Positions 31,021-32,000 of a stretch of 32,000 nucleotides of DNA are shown in pieces; within the stretch, counting starts at the first letter, position 1, and every line of letters begins with the position of its first letter. The position numbers and the translations under genes were made by a program. The notes under the pieces are model-generated. The model was not told the origin of the DNA, ran no database searches, and saw nothing but the letters and a program-made list of their open reading frames with translations. The DNA is from Thermofilum pendens Hrk 5 (GTDB lineage: Archaea > Thermoproteota > Thermoprotei > Thermofilales > Thermofilaceae): positions 1,470,001 to 1,502,000 of the forward strand of contig NC_008698.1 of NCBI RefSeq assembly GCF_000015225.1, given 5' to 3'.

Positions 31021-32000
31021 ATGGCCAGGATACTGCAGTTCAACTTCGAGGATAAGCTAGCCCAGTACGCAGACCGCGTTACCGGCGCGGACATAGTGGG
31101 GCTCGCGGCTGAGCTCCACTGCGACACTGTAGTCATCTTCGCGAGGGACGCCTGGGGGAGGGCGTACTACGACAGCGCCGTTGCAAGGAAGGTAGCAAGC
31201 CTGAAGTCCAGAGACTTGCTACGCGAAGTAGTGGAGGAGGCTCACAGGCGCGGAATAAAGGTCGTGGCGATGATAGGGCATACGACGAACCCGGAGCTGT
31301 ACAGCTCCCACCCCGAGTGGGCTCAGCGCGACAGGAACGGGAGGGTAATACACATGGACACGGATCCCCAGGGCGTTAAGGACAAGGTTAGGTGGCCGCT
31401 CATGTGCCTGAACTCCCCGTTCCTCGACTACGTGCTCAGGGAGGCGGAGGAGGTCCTGCGCTATGGTGTCGACGGCGTGTTCCTCGACTCGTTCAGGTAC
31501 ATGCCCGACGTGGAGAGAGCCTGCTTCTGCGAGAACTGCAGGAAGGCTTACGCGGAGGAGGTCGGAGGAGAGCTACCGTCGGAGGAAGACTGGGACAGCG
31601 AGGCCTTCAGGAGGGCCTTCGCGTGGAGGTACAGGGTGAACGTGAAGGCTCTCGAGAGAGTTAAGGACTTCGTGAGAAAGGCGAAGCCGGGAGCCTTCCT
31701 CGTGTACAACAGCCACCCAGCCGGCTGGAGGGGCAGGGCGAACACGATAGTCGAGATGTCCAGGAACGCCGTCGACGTCGTCTTCGCCGAGGGCTCCGAG
31801 GCTGACTACCAGCCGCCGGGCTTCCTCGCCGAGATAGTCAAGCTGTCCAAGGCTATGGGTGCAAAGAGGGTTTGGGCAACCCGCAACTCGTTCCACATGG
31901 CCCTCACAACAACCACGACGAGCCCCGTAGTAGTAAGGCAGGGGATACGCGAGATATTCGCGGCGGGAGGGGAGCCCATGCTCCTGGTATTCAGCTCCGC
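31021..32000 (+). CDS. GH42/GHL6-like TIM-barrel glycoside hydrolase-like protein; C-terminus lies outside the window
   Basis: Absent from the ORF track (no stop in the window). I translated from ATG 31021, 1 nt after the trmB stop, to nt 32000 without meeting a stop. The translation reads MARILQFNFEDKL...GIKVVAMIGHTTNPELY..PLMCLNSPFLDY..GVDGVFLDSFRY..ERACFCENCRKAY. It has a C-x39-C-x-C-x2-C cluster like the Zn site of GH42 beta-galactosidases. Confidence 0.6.
   Translation, partial: MARILQFNFEDKLAQYADRVTGADIVGLAAELHCDTVVIFARDAWGRAYYDSAVARKVASLKSRDLLREVVEEAHRRGIKVVAMIGHTTNPELYSSHPEWAQRDRNGRVIHMDTDPQGVKDKVRWPLMCLNSPFLDYVLREAEEVLRYGVDGVFLDSFRYMPDVERACFCENCRKAYAEEVGGELPSEEDWDSEAFRRAFAWRYRVNVKALERVKDFVRKAKPGAFLVYNSHPAGWRGRANTIVEMSRNAVDVVFAEGSEADYQPPGFLAEIVKLSKAMGAKRVWATRNSFHMALTTTTTSPVVVRQGIREIFAAGGEPMLLVFSS

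Overview
This 32-kb window looks like chromosome from a high-GC archaeon, probably a hyperthermophilic crenarchaeote. That placement is an inference from several traits: A/T-rich BRE/TATA boxes about 26-36 nt upstream of starts, many GTG/TTG starts, leaderless or GGTG-type SD contexts, overlapping coupled genes, AGG/AGA-Arg and ATA-Ile codons, a TrmB regulator and an archaeal-type GTP-PEPCK. I count about 30 protein genes and recognised no rRNA, tRNA, CRISPR array or IS element. All family calls come from motif recognition by eye; no database search was possible. Left to right: (1) 395-4559, a cluster of exported proteins. A small beta-rich 189-aa protein and a 528-aa DUF2341-like plus lectin-like protein share a near-identical mature N-terminus. 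A membrane-anchored DUF2341-like protein and a start-less lectin-like remnant sit with them. (2) Housekeeping genes: HtrA protease, MFS transporter, SufC-SufB, GTP-PEPCK and an ArsB/NhaD-type permease. (3) A low-GC ECF transporter module whose S and T genes (12337-13705) are separated from its fused A-A' ATPase (18979-20625) by a high-GC 5.2-kb block. That block holds a DUF554 gene and a tightly coupled 4-gene operon: a ThrC-like PLP enzyme, DUF1611, a PP-loop plus Cys4 (QueC-like) protein with an unknown N-domain, and a membrane hydrolase-like protein. (4) A Trp-studded coiled-coil protein built of 14-aa repeats with a nuclease-like C-domain. (5) A second, host-GC ECF module (S, A-A', T) translationally coupled to a UPRTase-like phosphoribosyltransferase. 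(6) A sugar ABC uptake operon divergent from a TrmB regulator and a GH42/GHL6-like hydrolase, which is truncated at the window end. The best candidates for undescribed biology are the PLP/DUF1611/PP-loop operon embedded in the split ECF module, the shared-N-terminus surface-protein cluster, the ECF-plus-PRTase salvage-like operon, and a GC-rich hairpin RNA candidate in a long convergent intergenic region.
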